A DNA stretch of 64,000 nucleotides. Source: Alphaproteobacteria bacterium (lineage in GTDB: Bacteria; Pseudomonadota; Alphaproteobacteria; SP197). The notes under the pieces were generated by a model that made no database searches, was not told the origin of the DNA, and saw only the letters and a program-made list of their open reading frames with translations. The first letter of the stretch is position 1. Each line of letters begins with the position of its first letter. A program made the translations under genes and the position numbers. The stretch covers positions 4,373,095 through 4,437,094 of the forward strand of contig OZ219747.1 of assembly GCA_964291265.2 (NCBI GenBank), read 5' to 3'. Positions 30,092 through 39,652 of the stretch are shown here, piece after piece.

Positions 30092-31260
30092 GGCGCGAGC
30101 TCGTCCGCCGTCCGGTCAAGCGCCTCGAGGGCCACGTCGACTTCCTCGTCGCTCACCACGAGTGGAGGCAGAAAGCGAACCATGTTGTCGCCTGCCGGCA
30201 CCGTGAGCACATGCCGGCGGTTCATGGCGGCCACGATGTCGCCCGCCGGCACATGACTTCTTATGCCCAGCATGAAACCCAGCCCGCGCACGTGATCGAG
30301 GACTGCGGGGTGGCGCTCAATGGTCTCCTCTACACCACGCCGGAGCCGATCGGCCCTCGTGCGGACTGACTCGAAGAAACCCTCTTCCAGCATGACGTCG
30401 AGCACGGCATTGGCGACGGCCGTGGCGAGCGGGTTGCCGCCGAAGGTGGATCCATGGCTTCCCGGCACCAGCACCTCGCCCGCTTCGCCCGTCGCCAGGC
30501 ATGCGCCAATCGGAAATCCGCCACCCAGAGCCTTTGCCGCAGCCATGATGTCGGGCGTGACACCACTCCATTCATGGGCAAACAGCCTGCCCGTACGGCC
30601 CATGCCGCACTGGACCTCGTCGTAGATCACCAGCAGGCCGAATTCGTCAGCCGCGCTGCGCACCATCTCGAGGAACGCGTGGTTGACCGGGGTGATGCCG
30701 CCTTCACCCTGGACCGGTTCAAGAAGGATGGCCGCCGTCTCGGGCCCGATGGCCTCGCGCAACGCGTTCGAATCATGGAGCGGGACCTGATCGAAACCTT
30801 CGGCAGGAGGGCCGAATCCCTCCAAGTGCTTGGCTGTGCCTCCCGCCGCAATGGCCGTCAGCGTGCGCCCGTGGAAGGCGCCGTCGAAGGTAATGGTGCG
30901 GTATCGTTCCGGGTGCCCCTTGGTGAACTGGTATCGCCGTGCCGTCTTCAGCGCACACTCGATGGCTTCGGCACCCGAGTTGGCGAAGAACACGCTTGAC
31001 GCAAACGTCGCATCGACGAGGCGCCGGGCCAGCCGTTCCTGGTTGGGGATCCTGTAGAGATTGGATGTGTGCCACAGTTCGCCGGCCTGCTGCGTGATGG
31101 CGTCGACGAGCCTGGGATGGGAATGTCCCAGACTGGCGACAGCGATACCACTGCCAAAGTCGAGGTAGCGTTCGCCGTCCTTGGTGAAGAGCCAGCAGCC
31201 CGCCCCCCGCACGAACTCGAGATCGAAGCGGGCATAGGTCTGCATGAGAGGTTCGGTCAT
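30088..31260 (-). CDS. argD: Acetylornithine aminotransferase
   Basis: NSGAEA, FHGRT, EPVQGEGG, DEVQCGMGRTG, AKALGGG, HGSTFGGNP. Confidence 0.95.
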   Translation of the reverse strand: MTEPLMQTYARFDLEFVRGAGCWLFTKDGERYLDFGSGIAVASLGHSHPRLVDAITQQAGELWHTSNLYRIPNQERLARRLVDATFASSVFFANSGAEAIECALKTARRYQFTKGHPERYRTITFDGAFHGRTLTAIAAGGTAKHLEGFGPPAEGFDQVPLHDSNALREAIGPETAAILLEPVQGEGGITPVNHAFLEMVRSAADEFGLLVIYDEVQCGMGRTGRLFAHEWSGVTPDIMAAAKALGGGFPIGACLATGEAGEVLVPGSHGSTFGGNPLATAVANAVLDVMLEEGFFESVRTRADRLRRGVEETIERHPAVLDHVRGLGFMLGIRSHVPAGDIVAAMNRRHVLTVPAGDNMVRFLPPLVVSDEEVDVALEALDRTADELAP

Positions 31261-31476
31261 GACACTCTGCCGTATCCAGAAAAATGATGTGGGGAAGGAT
31301 CCTTCCCCCGACTATCCTTTCCCGCAGTGATGCTGTCAATTCGCCCGGTTGCCGGAACGTCAATGCAGAGATCGGTTCGATATCCGATGTAGCTGTTGTC
31401 GCATCATGGAGCGCTGACCTATTGTGCAGCGACGATTCGGGGTGAACCCGGCATTGATGGTGAGTGGGATGAGTGC

Positions 31477-32226
31477 ATGTCGATGTCTCGCATGATGAGG
31501 GTGCCGACCGTTGCCGCTGTCGTCATGCTTGCCGCTGCCTGCGCCGAAGTCCCGGATGACCCTGTCGAGCACGATGTCTTCCTGCAAACGAACGATCCTC
31601 TCGAGCCCGCCAACCGCATCGTGTTCGATTTTGACGTTGCCATCCTTGATCATGCGCTGAGCCCGGTTGCCCTCGCCTACCGGGATCACGTTCCCGAGCC
31701 GATACGCGGCGGCCTCAGCAATGTGCTCGACAACCTGCAGATGCCGGTCACCATCCTCAACAGCGGCCTGCAGGGCGATTTCGACAACATGGCCGAGGCG
31801 ACGATGTCCTTCTTCATCAATTCGACCGCCGGCATCGGCGGACTGTTCGACATCCCCGCCAATGCGGGACGGGAACCTCGAAGGGAGGATTTCGGTCAGA
31901 CACTTGCAGTCTGGGGATTGGCTGAAGGCTCCTATCTCGTCCTGCCTTTTGCCGGACCATCGACCGCCAGGGACGCAGTCGGCCTGGGAGTCGACATTCT
32001 GACCGACCCCCTCACCTGGCTGCTGACTCCGGGGTGGAGTTATCTGCGGTCCGGTGCCGATGTCATCGACAGCACGGCACGCCAGCACGACAGGATCGAG
32101 GCGGCGCGACAGGGCAGCATCGACTTCTACGCCACAACGCGCACACTCTATCGCCAGGTCCGGGCGCGCGAGATTGCCAATGGAATGGCGGACCCCTTCG
32201 AACCAGACGATCCTTTCGAGGAGTGA
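31477..32226 (+). CDS. mlaA: MlaA/VacJ lipoprotein
   Basis: LAAAC lipobox, DPLEPANR, EDFGQTL, YLVLPFAGPSTARD. Confidence 0.92.
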   Translation: MSMSRMMRVPTVAAVVMLAAACAEVPDDPVEHDVFLQTNDPLEPANRIVFDFDVAILDHALSPVALAYRDHVPEPIRGGLSNVLDNLQMPVTILNSGLQGDFDNMAEATMSFFINSTAGIGGLFDIPANAGREPRREDFGQTLAVWGLAEGSYLVLPFAGPSTARDAVGLGVDILTDPLTWLLTPGWSYLRSGADVIDSTARQHDRIEAARQGSIDFYATTRTLYRQVRAREIANGMADPFEPDDPFEE

Positions 32227-32228
32227 CC

Positions 32229-32834
32229 ATGGGACGACTCACCTGGCATCGCATCGCGCCGGTGCTCCTTGTTTCGACTTTCCTCTGGACACCGGTCAGC
32301 GCCGGCTCACTGGAAGAGGCAACCGATTTCGTGGCCCAGGGGGCGGAACGCCTCCTGGCCATCATGACACTTCCACCCGGCCCCGAGCGAAGGGACAGCT
32401 TCGCGCGGTGGATCGCCTCGACAGTCGATCATGACGTCATGGCCAACCGGGCGCTCGGGCGCTATCTCGACGTGGCGACGGACGCCGAGTTGCAGGCCTA
32501 CACGGTCGCTTTCCACAACTACATCATCGTCACATATGAAAGGCGGCTGGAGACCTTTTCCGGCTACTCGCTGAAGGTGGAGCGGTCCCGCGCCCTGAAT
32601 GACAACGATGTCGTCGTGCGCACCACCATCAGGGCGCCGGATGGCGGCAGGACGATTGTCGACTTCCGTCTCGGCAACGACAACGGCGACCAATGGCGGC
32701 TTACGGACTTCGCCATTGAAGGCCTCTCCATGGTGAAGACACTGCGTGACGAGTTTGCCGGAGTGATCCGGCGCGATGGCATCGAGGGGCTGACCGCGCT
32801 CATCGAGAGCAATGTCGCCGAATCGGCCCTGTGA
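32229..32834 (+). CDS. mlaC: MlaC/Ttg2D phospholipid-binding protein
   Basis: Signal peptide, RALGRY, DFAIEGLSM...RDEF; follows mlaA. Confidence 0.85.
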   Translation: MGRLTWHRIAPVLLVSTFLWTPVSAGSLEEATDFVAQGAERLLAIMTLPPGPERRDSFARWIASTVDHDVMANRALGRYLDVATDAELQAYTVAFHNYIIVTYERRLETFSGYSLKVERSRALNDNDVVVRTTIRAPDGGRTIVDFRLGNDNGDQWRLTDFAIEGLSMVKTLRDEFAGVIRRDGIEGLTALIESNVAESAL

Positions 32835-33625
32835 TGCAGCACACGATCAACAGTGGCGGCGTCCCTCTCCGCGTGCGCGAGGACGGCGAGGGAACCGATC
32901 TCGTGCTCGTCCATGGCGTCGGCGCATCCCTGGAAGCCTGGAACGAGGTCGTATCCTGTCTGGGCAGGGGGTTCCGCACCATCCGCCTGGACCTGAGGGG
33001 GCATGGCGCGTCCGGCAAGCCGTCCGGCCCCTACCACATCGACGACCTTGTCGACGACGTCATGGCCGTGTTGGACCGTTTCGGGATTGTGTCATGCCAC
33101 CTTGCAGGCCACTCCCTGGGGGCTCTCATTGCCCAGGGTGTGGCTTTGGCCCATCCCCGGCGTCTGGATCGGCTTGTTCTTCTCTCCGGCATCGCGGGAC
33201 GCACGGCCGAGGAACGCCGCCGGGTGGAAAGGCGGCTGACCATGGTCGCCAACGGTATCCCGGGCGCCCATTTCGAGGCCTCCGTCAGCCGCTGGTTCAC
33301 CGATGACTTCATCCGACGCCATCCCGACATCATCGCCCGTCAGGCCGAAGCCAACCGGCGCAATGATCCGGCGGCCTATGCCGCCTCCTACCGCGTCCTC
33401 ACCGAGACCGACTTTGCCGAACGCCTGTGCGACATCACGGCGCAGACGCTGATCGTGACAGGGGAACATGATCTCGGATCGAATGCCCGCATGGCCCGCT
33501 ATATGCACACGACCATCCCCCATTCATCGCTCCACATCCTCCCCGGTCTCAAGCACGCCATCCTGACCGAAGCCCCTGACGAGGTGGCCCGGCTCATCAG
33601 GGAATTCATCGGGCAACACGCCTGA
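32831..33625 (+). CDS. Alpha/beta hydrolase (PcaD-like)
   Basis: VHGVG, DLRGHG, GHSLG nucleophile elbow, GEHD, KH. Confidence 0.88.
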   Translation: MMQHTINSGGVPLRVREDGEGTDLVLVHGVGASLEAWNEVVSCLGRGFRTIRLDLRGHGASGKPSGPYHIDDLVDDVMAVLDRFGIVSCHLAGHSLGALIAQGVALAHPRRLDRLVLLSGIAGRTAEERRRVERRLTMVANGIPGAHFEASVSRWFTDDFIRRHPDIIARQAEANRRNDPAAYAASYRVLTETDFAERLCDITAQTLIVTGEHDLGSNARMARYMHTTIPHSSLHILPGLKHAILTEAPDEVARLIREFIGQHA

Positions 33626-33907
33626 ATTCGGTCTGCGGCATCTCGATCACCGGCGGGTCCGCAGCGGCCCATTGGCAGGTGTGTCGTGCAGCGCACCGTC
33701 CGTGACGGCCAGGGTCCCGCCTCGCCGCTGCACGCGAGAGGCGCAGATGTCGTCGATCGTTCCGGCCGGATATCGATCGCCGGACATCGCCCGGGCTCGA
33801 GGGCCTTGATCGTGGCCTGATTGCGGGTCGCCGTCCGTTGCGGAGATCCGGGCGGGCCGGCTCCGCGCGGCGCCCACAACGCGTCGGTCGGCATGCAGCG
33901 GCCTGCC

Positions 33908-33925
33908 GAGGCCGTTGAGAAAACT
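33908..33925. mobile_element. Possible orphan IS end (IS5/IS1182-like)
   Basis: GAGGCCGTTGAGAAAACT resembles such IS termini. No partner end or transposase seen. Confidence 0.3.
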
Positions 33926-34362
33926 GCTTGCAGACCGCGCTGTCAAAGCTGGCTCGATCGGCACCGCCGACAACAGCCGGAACTTGAGGTGGTCACCCAG
34001 CGTCCCGACCACTTGCCGCAGCGACGCCCGATCAGAGAGTGACCGGGATCTGGTCAAGAAGCACCGACCGTTCCTCGTTGAGCTCGGTGCCCTTCATCGG
34101 GCCCTCATCGGATTGATGGCGCCACGACCATGGATGTCGTCGAGCCTGGCGAGCATCCCGGCCGAGGCCGAAGCATGCATCGCCAGACGACGGAACGCAC
34201 TGTCCGAGAAGAGGCCCTCGAGAGTCCATGGACAGGTCTTCATGCAACGCCCGCACACTCCCGCCCGCCGCATTGGTGATCCGGCAGCGCCTGCAGTATT
34301 CCGGACCGGAGCGCTGGATCTCGTAGCCGTTGGACATCGACCTCGTTCCGTGCACCCGGCAT

Positions 34363-35241
34363 TCACTGATCCCGGTTCACGCGTGAAACCGGAATGCTCT
34401 GCGTCTCGAACAGCGCCCGCGGACTTCCCATTTCGTAGTAGCCCAGGAAGCCGGATTTCTCGCGGCCGGAGCCGTCATAGATCTCGTAGCCCAGAAGTTC
34501 GCGGGCGCGGACGGGCAGGCGCGCCACGACTTCGAGCGGCAGGTTGAGATAGCTGTTTTCGACCGGCCGCAGCCAACCCAGACAATAGGAGAACGAGATG
34601 GCGCGGCGTCTCGCGCCGTCCGTGTTGGCGCCGCCGGCATGCGTGCAGTCGCCCCGGATGACGGCGATCGAGCCGGTCGGCATCACGGCCTGCGCGACCT
34701 CCCCGGCGGCAGGCTCGCGCCTGTCCTCCCACAGATGACTGCCGGGCACGACGAGCGTTGCGCCGTTCGTTGCCGTGAAGTCCGTGCCGGCGAGCATGAT
34801 GTTCATCTGCAGCAGCCTTGCGCCGACCCGCGGCCAGACGGGCCAGGAGCCGTCATCGATGTGGAAGCGCTGCGCGGTCTCCCCGCCCCTGATCTCGATC
34901 AGCTCGCCGGCGCTGAAGAGATAACTGGAGCAGTGCGGCAGAAGGTAGTGGTCCATCAGCGTCAGCAGTCGCGCGTCGATCATCAGTTCGGCAAAACTCG
35001 GGGCCTTGGCAAGCAGTCCGTGCAGGCGAACCGTCCGGTCGCCCAGAAACTCGTCGATCGCCTGGTTGCCGAAGACGTATCGCCTCGCCCTGTCGACGGC
35101 GGGTTGGATCTCGGCATTGAAGCGTTCGAGCCAATTCGCCGCCACGAAGTCCCTCACGATTGCGACGCCGTCTGCGTCAACGGCCTCGATGATGTCCTCA
35201 ACACTGGCATCACCCGGCAGAAGCCTGACTTCCGCAGCCAT
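34363..35241 (-). CDS. Phytanoyl-CoA dioxygenase (PhyH) family Fe(II)/2OG dioxygenase
   Basis: HIDD (HxD), NGATLVVPGSH, HAGGAN, RRAI. Confidence 0.9.
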   Translation of the reverse strand: MAAEVRLLPGDASVEDIIEAVDADGVAIVRDFVAANWLERFNAEIQPAVDRARRYVFGNQAIDEFLGDRTVRLHGLLAKAPSFAELMIDARLLTLMDHYLLPHCSSYLFSAGELIEIRGGETAQRFHIDDGSWPVWPRVGARLLQMNIMLAGTDFTATNGATLVVPGSHLWEDRREPAAGEVAQAVMPTGSIAVIRGDCTHAGGANTDGARRRAISFSYCLGWLRPVENSYLNLPLEVVARLPVRARELLGYEIYDGSGREKSGFLGYYEMGSPRALFETQSIPVSRVNRDQ

Positions 35242-35432
35242 TGATTTCTTCCTGTCGTCCGATCCGGATGCTAGTGCAATGGACATTTCTGCGCCAACCG
35301 GGCGGGCCGCCCGGCATGACGGGTGCAGGACGCGGATGGCCGGTGGCAGGGACCGAAACGCTCGTCAACCCGCGTTTCCAGAACGAGCCGGCTCCGCGAC
35401 GACGCGGCCTCAGCTCGAGATCGGGCGACCTG

Positions 35433-36428
35433 CTACATCTCGGTCACCGGCAGGCGCGGTGTGGCTGCCGGCAGCGGACTGATTCCGGCATCGAGGTAGT
35501 CCCAGCCCGCCAGGGCGATCATGGCGCCATTGTCAGTCGACCACTTCAACGGCGGCAGACAGATTTCGACTCCGGCGTTGGCCGCGAGTTCACCCATGCT
35601 GTGGCGCAGTTGCTGGCTTGCGGCAACACCTCCGACGACCACCAGAGAACGGCTTGGAGCAGCGTCGAGGGCGCGTCGGCACTTGGTAACGAGAACGTCC
35701 ATGACGACATCGACAAAGGACGCGGCAAGATCAGCGTGATCGGTTGCCGGTGAACGTTCGAGCGTGCGTGCAACTGCCGACTTCAACCCCGAGAAGGAGA
35801 ACTCCAAGCCCTCGCGGATCATCGGCCGCGGCAGCTCGAGCAGGGGCTGGCCCTGCTTCGCCAGGCGGTCTATGAGCGGCCCTCCCGGAAATCCCATGCC
35901 CATGAGGCGGGCGACCTTGTCGTAGGCTTCACCGACTGAATCGTCGCGCGTCGCCCCGAGAACACGCACATTCCGGCGGTCCGCCATGTGGGCGAGAAAG
36001 GTGTGTCCCCCCGACACAAGGAGAATGGTCGCCGGAAACGTCACTCTGGCCTCCTCGAGATCGGCACTGCGCAGGTGGCCCCGCAGGTGGTTGACCCCGA
36101 TCACCGGAACATCCCAAGCGATGGCGAGGGCCGCCGCCGCATTGAGCCCCACCAGGAGAGAACCGATCAGACCCGGTCCGCGTGTCACCGCGATGGCGGC
36201 AAGCCGATCCGGCGATGCCCCTGCATCCCGCATCACCTGGTCGATCGCCGGAATGATGGCCCGCACATGGGCGCGCGACGCCAGTTCCGGCCACACACCG
36301 CCCCAGCAGGCGTGGATGGCATCCTGGCGCGCCACTCCGGACGCCAGCACGCGGCCTCCCCTGTCGACGACGGCAACAGCCGTGTCGTCGCAGGAGGACT
36401 CGATCCCCAGGACGAGGTCCGGGCTCAC
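35433..36428 (-). CDS. tsaD: tRNA t6A37 threonylcarbamoyltransferase
   Basis: LGIESSCDDT, PELASRAH, RGPGL, NHLRGH, VSGGHT, GEAYDK, FSFSGLK, TDNGAMIA. Confidence 0.93.
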   Translation of the reverse strand: MSPDLVLGIESSCDDTAVAVVDRGGRVLASGVARQDAIHACWGGVWPELASRAHVRAIIPAIDQVMRDAGASPDRLAAIAVTRGPGLIGSLLVGLNAAAALAIAWDVPVIGVNHLRGHLRSADLEEARVTFPATILLVSGGHTFLAHMADRRNVRVLGATRDDSVGEAYDKVARLMGMGFPGGPLIDRLAKQGQPLLELPRPMIREGLEFSFSGLKSAVARTLERSPATDHADLAASFVDVVMDVLVTKCRRALDAAPSRSLVVVGGVAASQQLRHSMGELAANAGVEICLPPLKWSTDNGAMIALAGWDYLDAGISPLPAATPRLPVTEM

Positions 36429-37051
36429 CCCAGAATCTCCATGATCCTGGACTGGCTGACGAAACCTTCGCGCTCGATGACGGGTGGTTCGACGGCACAG
36501 TTGACGAGAGAGGAAGGCACGCCCTCGCGCCGTCCTCCGTCAACCGCCATGGCCGGCTCGTGTGCGAGTTGAAGAAGAATGTCCTCTACCGTCTGCATCG
36601 TCGGCAGGCCATGAAGATTGGCGCTGGTGACAAGAAGCGGACCAGCGGCATGGAGGAGGTTCAGCATGAACGGATCCGCAGGAATACGGACCGCTACTTC
36701 GTGGCGTCCTTCCAGCCATGAACAGGGACCCTCGCGACCGAATCCGAAAACCACCGTCAACGGTCCCGGCACCAGGTCCGATTCAAGCAGGCGACGGGCT
36801 CCCTCGCCGACTCCGACGCCCAGCGTAGCGAGGCGGTCCGGCGAATTCACCATGACCGGAAGGTTCCTCCGCCGGGGACGCTGCTTGAGAACGAACAGGT
36901 GATCGATGGCGTTGTCGTCATCGGGACTGACGGCGAGACCGTAGACCGTATCCGTCGGCAGGAGGACAACGCCACCTGCCTCGAGGACGCGATGCGCCTT
37001 GCCGACGGTGTCACGCCCGCACGCGGCAAGGATGTCAACCACGATCGTCAT
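36425..37051 (-). CDS. tsaC: Threonylcarbamoyl-AMP synthase (YrdC/Sua5 domain)
   Basis: PTDTVYGL, KQRP, PGPLT, VAVRIP, TSAN. Confidence 0.92.
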   Translation of the reverse strand: MTIVVDILAACGRDTVGKAHRVLEAGGVVLLPTDTVYGLAVSPDDDNAIDHLFVLKQRPRRRNLPVMVNSPDRLATLGVGVGEGARRLLESDLVPGPLTVVFGFGREGPCSWLEGRHEVAVRIPADPFMLNLLHAAGPLLVTSANLHGLPTMQTVEDILLQLAHEPAMAVDGGRREGVPSSLVNCAVEPPVIEREGFVSQSRIMEILG

Positions 37052-37676
37052 TCCCGGTCGCCAGAGAGGCCGCCGTGAGCGGCTCGAGAGGTTCACGCGT
37101 GGTGTGTCCGCTGGCGAAGGCCTTGTCCGCACAGCGCACCAGGGTGGCGGTGCTTGCCGCGGCAGCACCGATCCTGCTGCCTGGAAAGAGCGCCGTCACG
37201 TCAGGTGTGACAATGCCGGCCAGGACAATGTCAGGCATTCGGGCACGGCAATGCCGGGCCAGTGTGGCGAGATCATCGACCATGAGCGGCCCCTCCCCTT
37301 CCCTGAAGAACCCCTGACCTGCGGTGGTCGGCCTGATGCAGACGACCGCGGAGCAGGCCCCTGTCTCGGCCGTGACGAGATCGAAGTAGTCGAGTGGAAC
37401 GAGGGGGACTCCCAGCCCCCAGGCCAGCGCGTTGGCGAAGGTCACGCCACCGCGTGTCGCAGTGAGACCGCCAGGACCTAGATCGACGGCGATGGCATCA
37501 ACATCGCACTTCCGCAGACCGGTCCCGTCCAGGCCCCGGCGCACGGCATCACCAAGGTACACGGGCCCGTCCACCATTCCGTCTTCGGGGCTGTCCTCGA
37601 AGAGCACCCGGCCGGATTCCCCGAACGCCACCATGATCGACGGCGCGGCGGTCTCGATGCAGAGGATCGTGGTCAC
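37035..37676 (-). CDS. tsaB: TsaB (YeaZ), divergent
   Basis: ILCIETA, IAVDLGPGGLTATRGG (canonical GPGSFTGxRxG); lies between tsaE and tsaC. Confidence 0.8.
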   Translation of the reverse strand: MTTILCIETAAPSIMVAFGESGRVLFEDSPEDGMVDGPVYLGDAVRRGLDGTGLRKCDVDAIAVDLGPGGLTATRGGVTFANALAWGLGVPLVPLDYFDLVTAETGACSAVVCIRPTTAGQGFFREGEGPLMVDDLATLARHCRARMPDIVLAGIVTPDVTALFPGSRIGAAAASTATLVRCADKAFASGHTTREPLEPLTAASLATGNDDRG

Positions 37677-38140
37677 GGGGCGAGGGCGCCGGACAGCGGC
37701 CAGGACCGGCCGCGTCGTCTGATGGTGCAGCGACGCGAGGCGTCGCCCGATCGACCGAATTCGAGAACGAGTCCGAGGTGCACGGGGTGGGCGTCGGCAA
37801 CCCTGTCACCCCATTCCACCATGGTGATGGCACCGTGAGCGAAGTCCTCCGCGCCGAGGTCCACGTACTCCTCCACACCCGACAGGCGATAGGCATCGAG
37901 ATGCAACACCGGCAGGCGAGGCGTTTCGTAGACATGCATCAGCGTGTAGGTCGGACTTGTCACCTGGTCAGTCGAGCCAAGGGCTGCCACGAAGGCGCTC
38001 ACGAGGCGAGTCTTGCCGACACCGATGGGGCCTTCGAGCAGCACGACATCCCCCGCCCCCAGGAGGGCCCCAAGATCTGCTGCCAGGCCTTCGAGCGCGG
38101 CAACGTCGGCAAGTTCACGGACCTCGTCGGCGGGCATCAT
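37673..38140 (-). CDS. tsaE: TsaE ATPase (YjeE)
   Basis: GPIGVGKT, SPTYTL, HLDAYRL, VEWG. Confidence 0.93.
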   Translation of the reverse strand: MMPADEVRELADVAALEGLAADLGALLGAGDVVLLEGPIGVGKTRLVSAFVAALGSTDQVTSPTYTLMHVYETPRLPVLHLDAYRLSGVEEYVDLGAEDFAHGAITMVEWGDRVADAHPVHLGLVLEFGRSGDASRRCTIRRRGRSWPLSGALAP

Positions 38141-38174
38141 GGCGCTCAGGGAATCTCCAGAGGAACGGGTGAAC

Positions 38175-38193
38175 TGGCGGGCCCGTCAGGACT
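38175..38193 (-). repeat. Duplicate of the tRNA-Ile2 3' end (att-like site)
   Basis: TGGCGGGCCCGTCAGGACT versus tRNA 39575-39593 TGGTGGGCCCGGCAGGACT; 17/19 identical, same orientation. Confidence 0.7.
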
Positions 38194-38495
38194 ACCGAAA
38201 ACGGCCTGAAGAACCTCACGATTTCAATGGTCTACGACAGTGTCAAGCGTGACAGATGTACCATTCGTGTGCTCCACCTGACAAGGGCCGGTGACCTTGC
38301 CGGGACAGAACTGTCGTCAAGCCGCGTTTGCAATCGAAGCACCGGGTTCGCCTCGTGAGCAAGGACCGGCGAAGTGTGCCATAGTGACTGCATTGAAGCA
38401 GTCTGATTTTCCGCCGACGGACATTCGTCGATTCTCCGACGAGCCTCGAATGGGCCCGTGTTGCTGAAGCGCGACGCATACTGGGATTACTTGAC

Positions 38496-39455
38496 ATGAC
38501 AGAACCACATTCCAGGGAACCGCGAGATGTTGCGATGATCAGCGAGGCCGCCAGGGCGCTTGCAGATCAGGCCGCGGCGGCGCCTGGTCGCGACATGAGC
38601 AGGCCTGTGTCGGAAATCCGCGAGTCGGCACGTGCGGCCTGCGCATCTCGTTGCAATGCTGCGGTCAAGGCAACCGGCGTGGCCTTGTCCGAACGTGTGA
38701 TATCGGGTGTCACGTGCATGGTGATTGACCCGCCCGGGCCGCATTCAAGCCGCCAGATCGTGTATCTGTTCGGCGGTGGATTCACGCTCGGCAGCCCGTT
38801 TGAGGATTTGCCGATCTCGGCAAGCTTGTCTGCGAAAACGGGAGCACGGGTGATCGCGCCCGAGTATCCCCTGGCCCCGGAACATCCGTACCCGGCCGCC
38901 CTTGACGCCTGCGCCCGCGTCATCGCATCGATCCTCGCCGATGCGCCCGGTACCTGCCTTTGCGGCGAATCCGCCGGTGGCAACCTGGCCCTCGCGGCTG
39001 TTCATCGGCTACGGGCGGAAAATAACCCTCAACCCCGGGCGCTGGCCCTTCTTTCTCCGGCGGTGGACATGGTTGACTCCGGGGATAGCGGCCTTGCCAA
39101 CCGGGATCCCTTTGCACGGGCCTCTGATGCCGGGTTTTTTCGATCCTGTTTCATTCCTGACGACGTTGACCTGGCTGACCCGGGACTCTCGCCGATCTAC
39201 GGGCCCTTCGATGCGGCCTTTCCGCCCGTCATGCTTACCACGGGCACGCGCGATATCATGTTGAGCGGATGTGTGCGCCTGGATCGCGTGCTGCGGGAGT
39301 CCGGTGTCAAGTCCACCTTGCGGGTATGGGAAGGAATGTGGCACGTGTTCGAATACTACCCAGGCATTCCAGAAGCCGAAGCGTCCCTGACCGAGATCGC
39401 CGAATTCCTCAATCAACAGTTCGATGAGAACTCCCGCGACCCGTTGTTCTGCTGA
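38496..39455 (+). CDS. Hormone-sensitive-lipase-family esterase
   Basis: FGGGF oxyanion loop, YPLAPEHPYPA, GESAGG, GMWHVF. Confidence 0.9.
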   Translation: MTEPHSREPRDVAMISEAARALADQAAAAPGRDMSRPVSEIRESARAACASRCNAAVKATGVALSERVISGVTCMVIDPPGPHSSRQIVYLFGGGFTLGSPFEDLPISASLSAKTGARVIAPEYPLAPEHPYPAALDACARVIASILADAPGTCLCGESAGGNLALAAVHRLRAENNPQPRALALLSPAVDMVDSGDSGLANRDPFARASDAGFFRSCFIPDDVDLADPGLSPIYGPFDAAFPPVMLTTGTRDIMLSGCVRLDRVLRESGVKSTLRVWEGMWHVFEYYPGIPEAEASLTEIAEFLNQQFDENSRDPLFC

Positions 39456-39574
39456 CCTTTCCCCCAACCAGGGGCGTATCGCCGCATCCTTCATGCCGCA
39501 TTGGCGGCTCGGCGCACGATTCAGGACATCGCGATCGATGGGTGTTCCCGGGTGCCGCCAGGATGCGGGGAAGA

Positions 39575-39651
39575 TGGTGGGCCCGGCAGGACTCGAACCT
39601 GCAACCAGACCGTTATGAGCGGCCGGCTCTGACCAATTGAGCTACAGGCCC
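39575..39651 (-). tRNA. tRNA-Ile2 (CAT anticodon, lysidine type)
   Basis: Reverse complement GGGCCTGTAGCTCAATTGGTCAGAGCCGGCCGCTCATAACGGTCTGGTTGCAGGTTCGAGTCCTGCCGGGCCCACCA. Ile2 rather than Met is inferred from the acceptor stem and position after rpoD. Confidence 0.9.
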
Positions 39652-39652
39652 C

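Noticed and set aside
33626-34360. Possible gene fragments and island boundary
   Set aside because: Only a weak IS-end-like motif; no convincing att repeat or identifiable protein.
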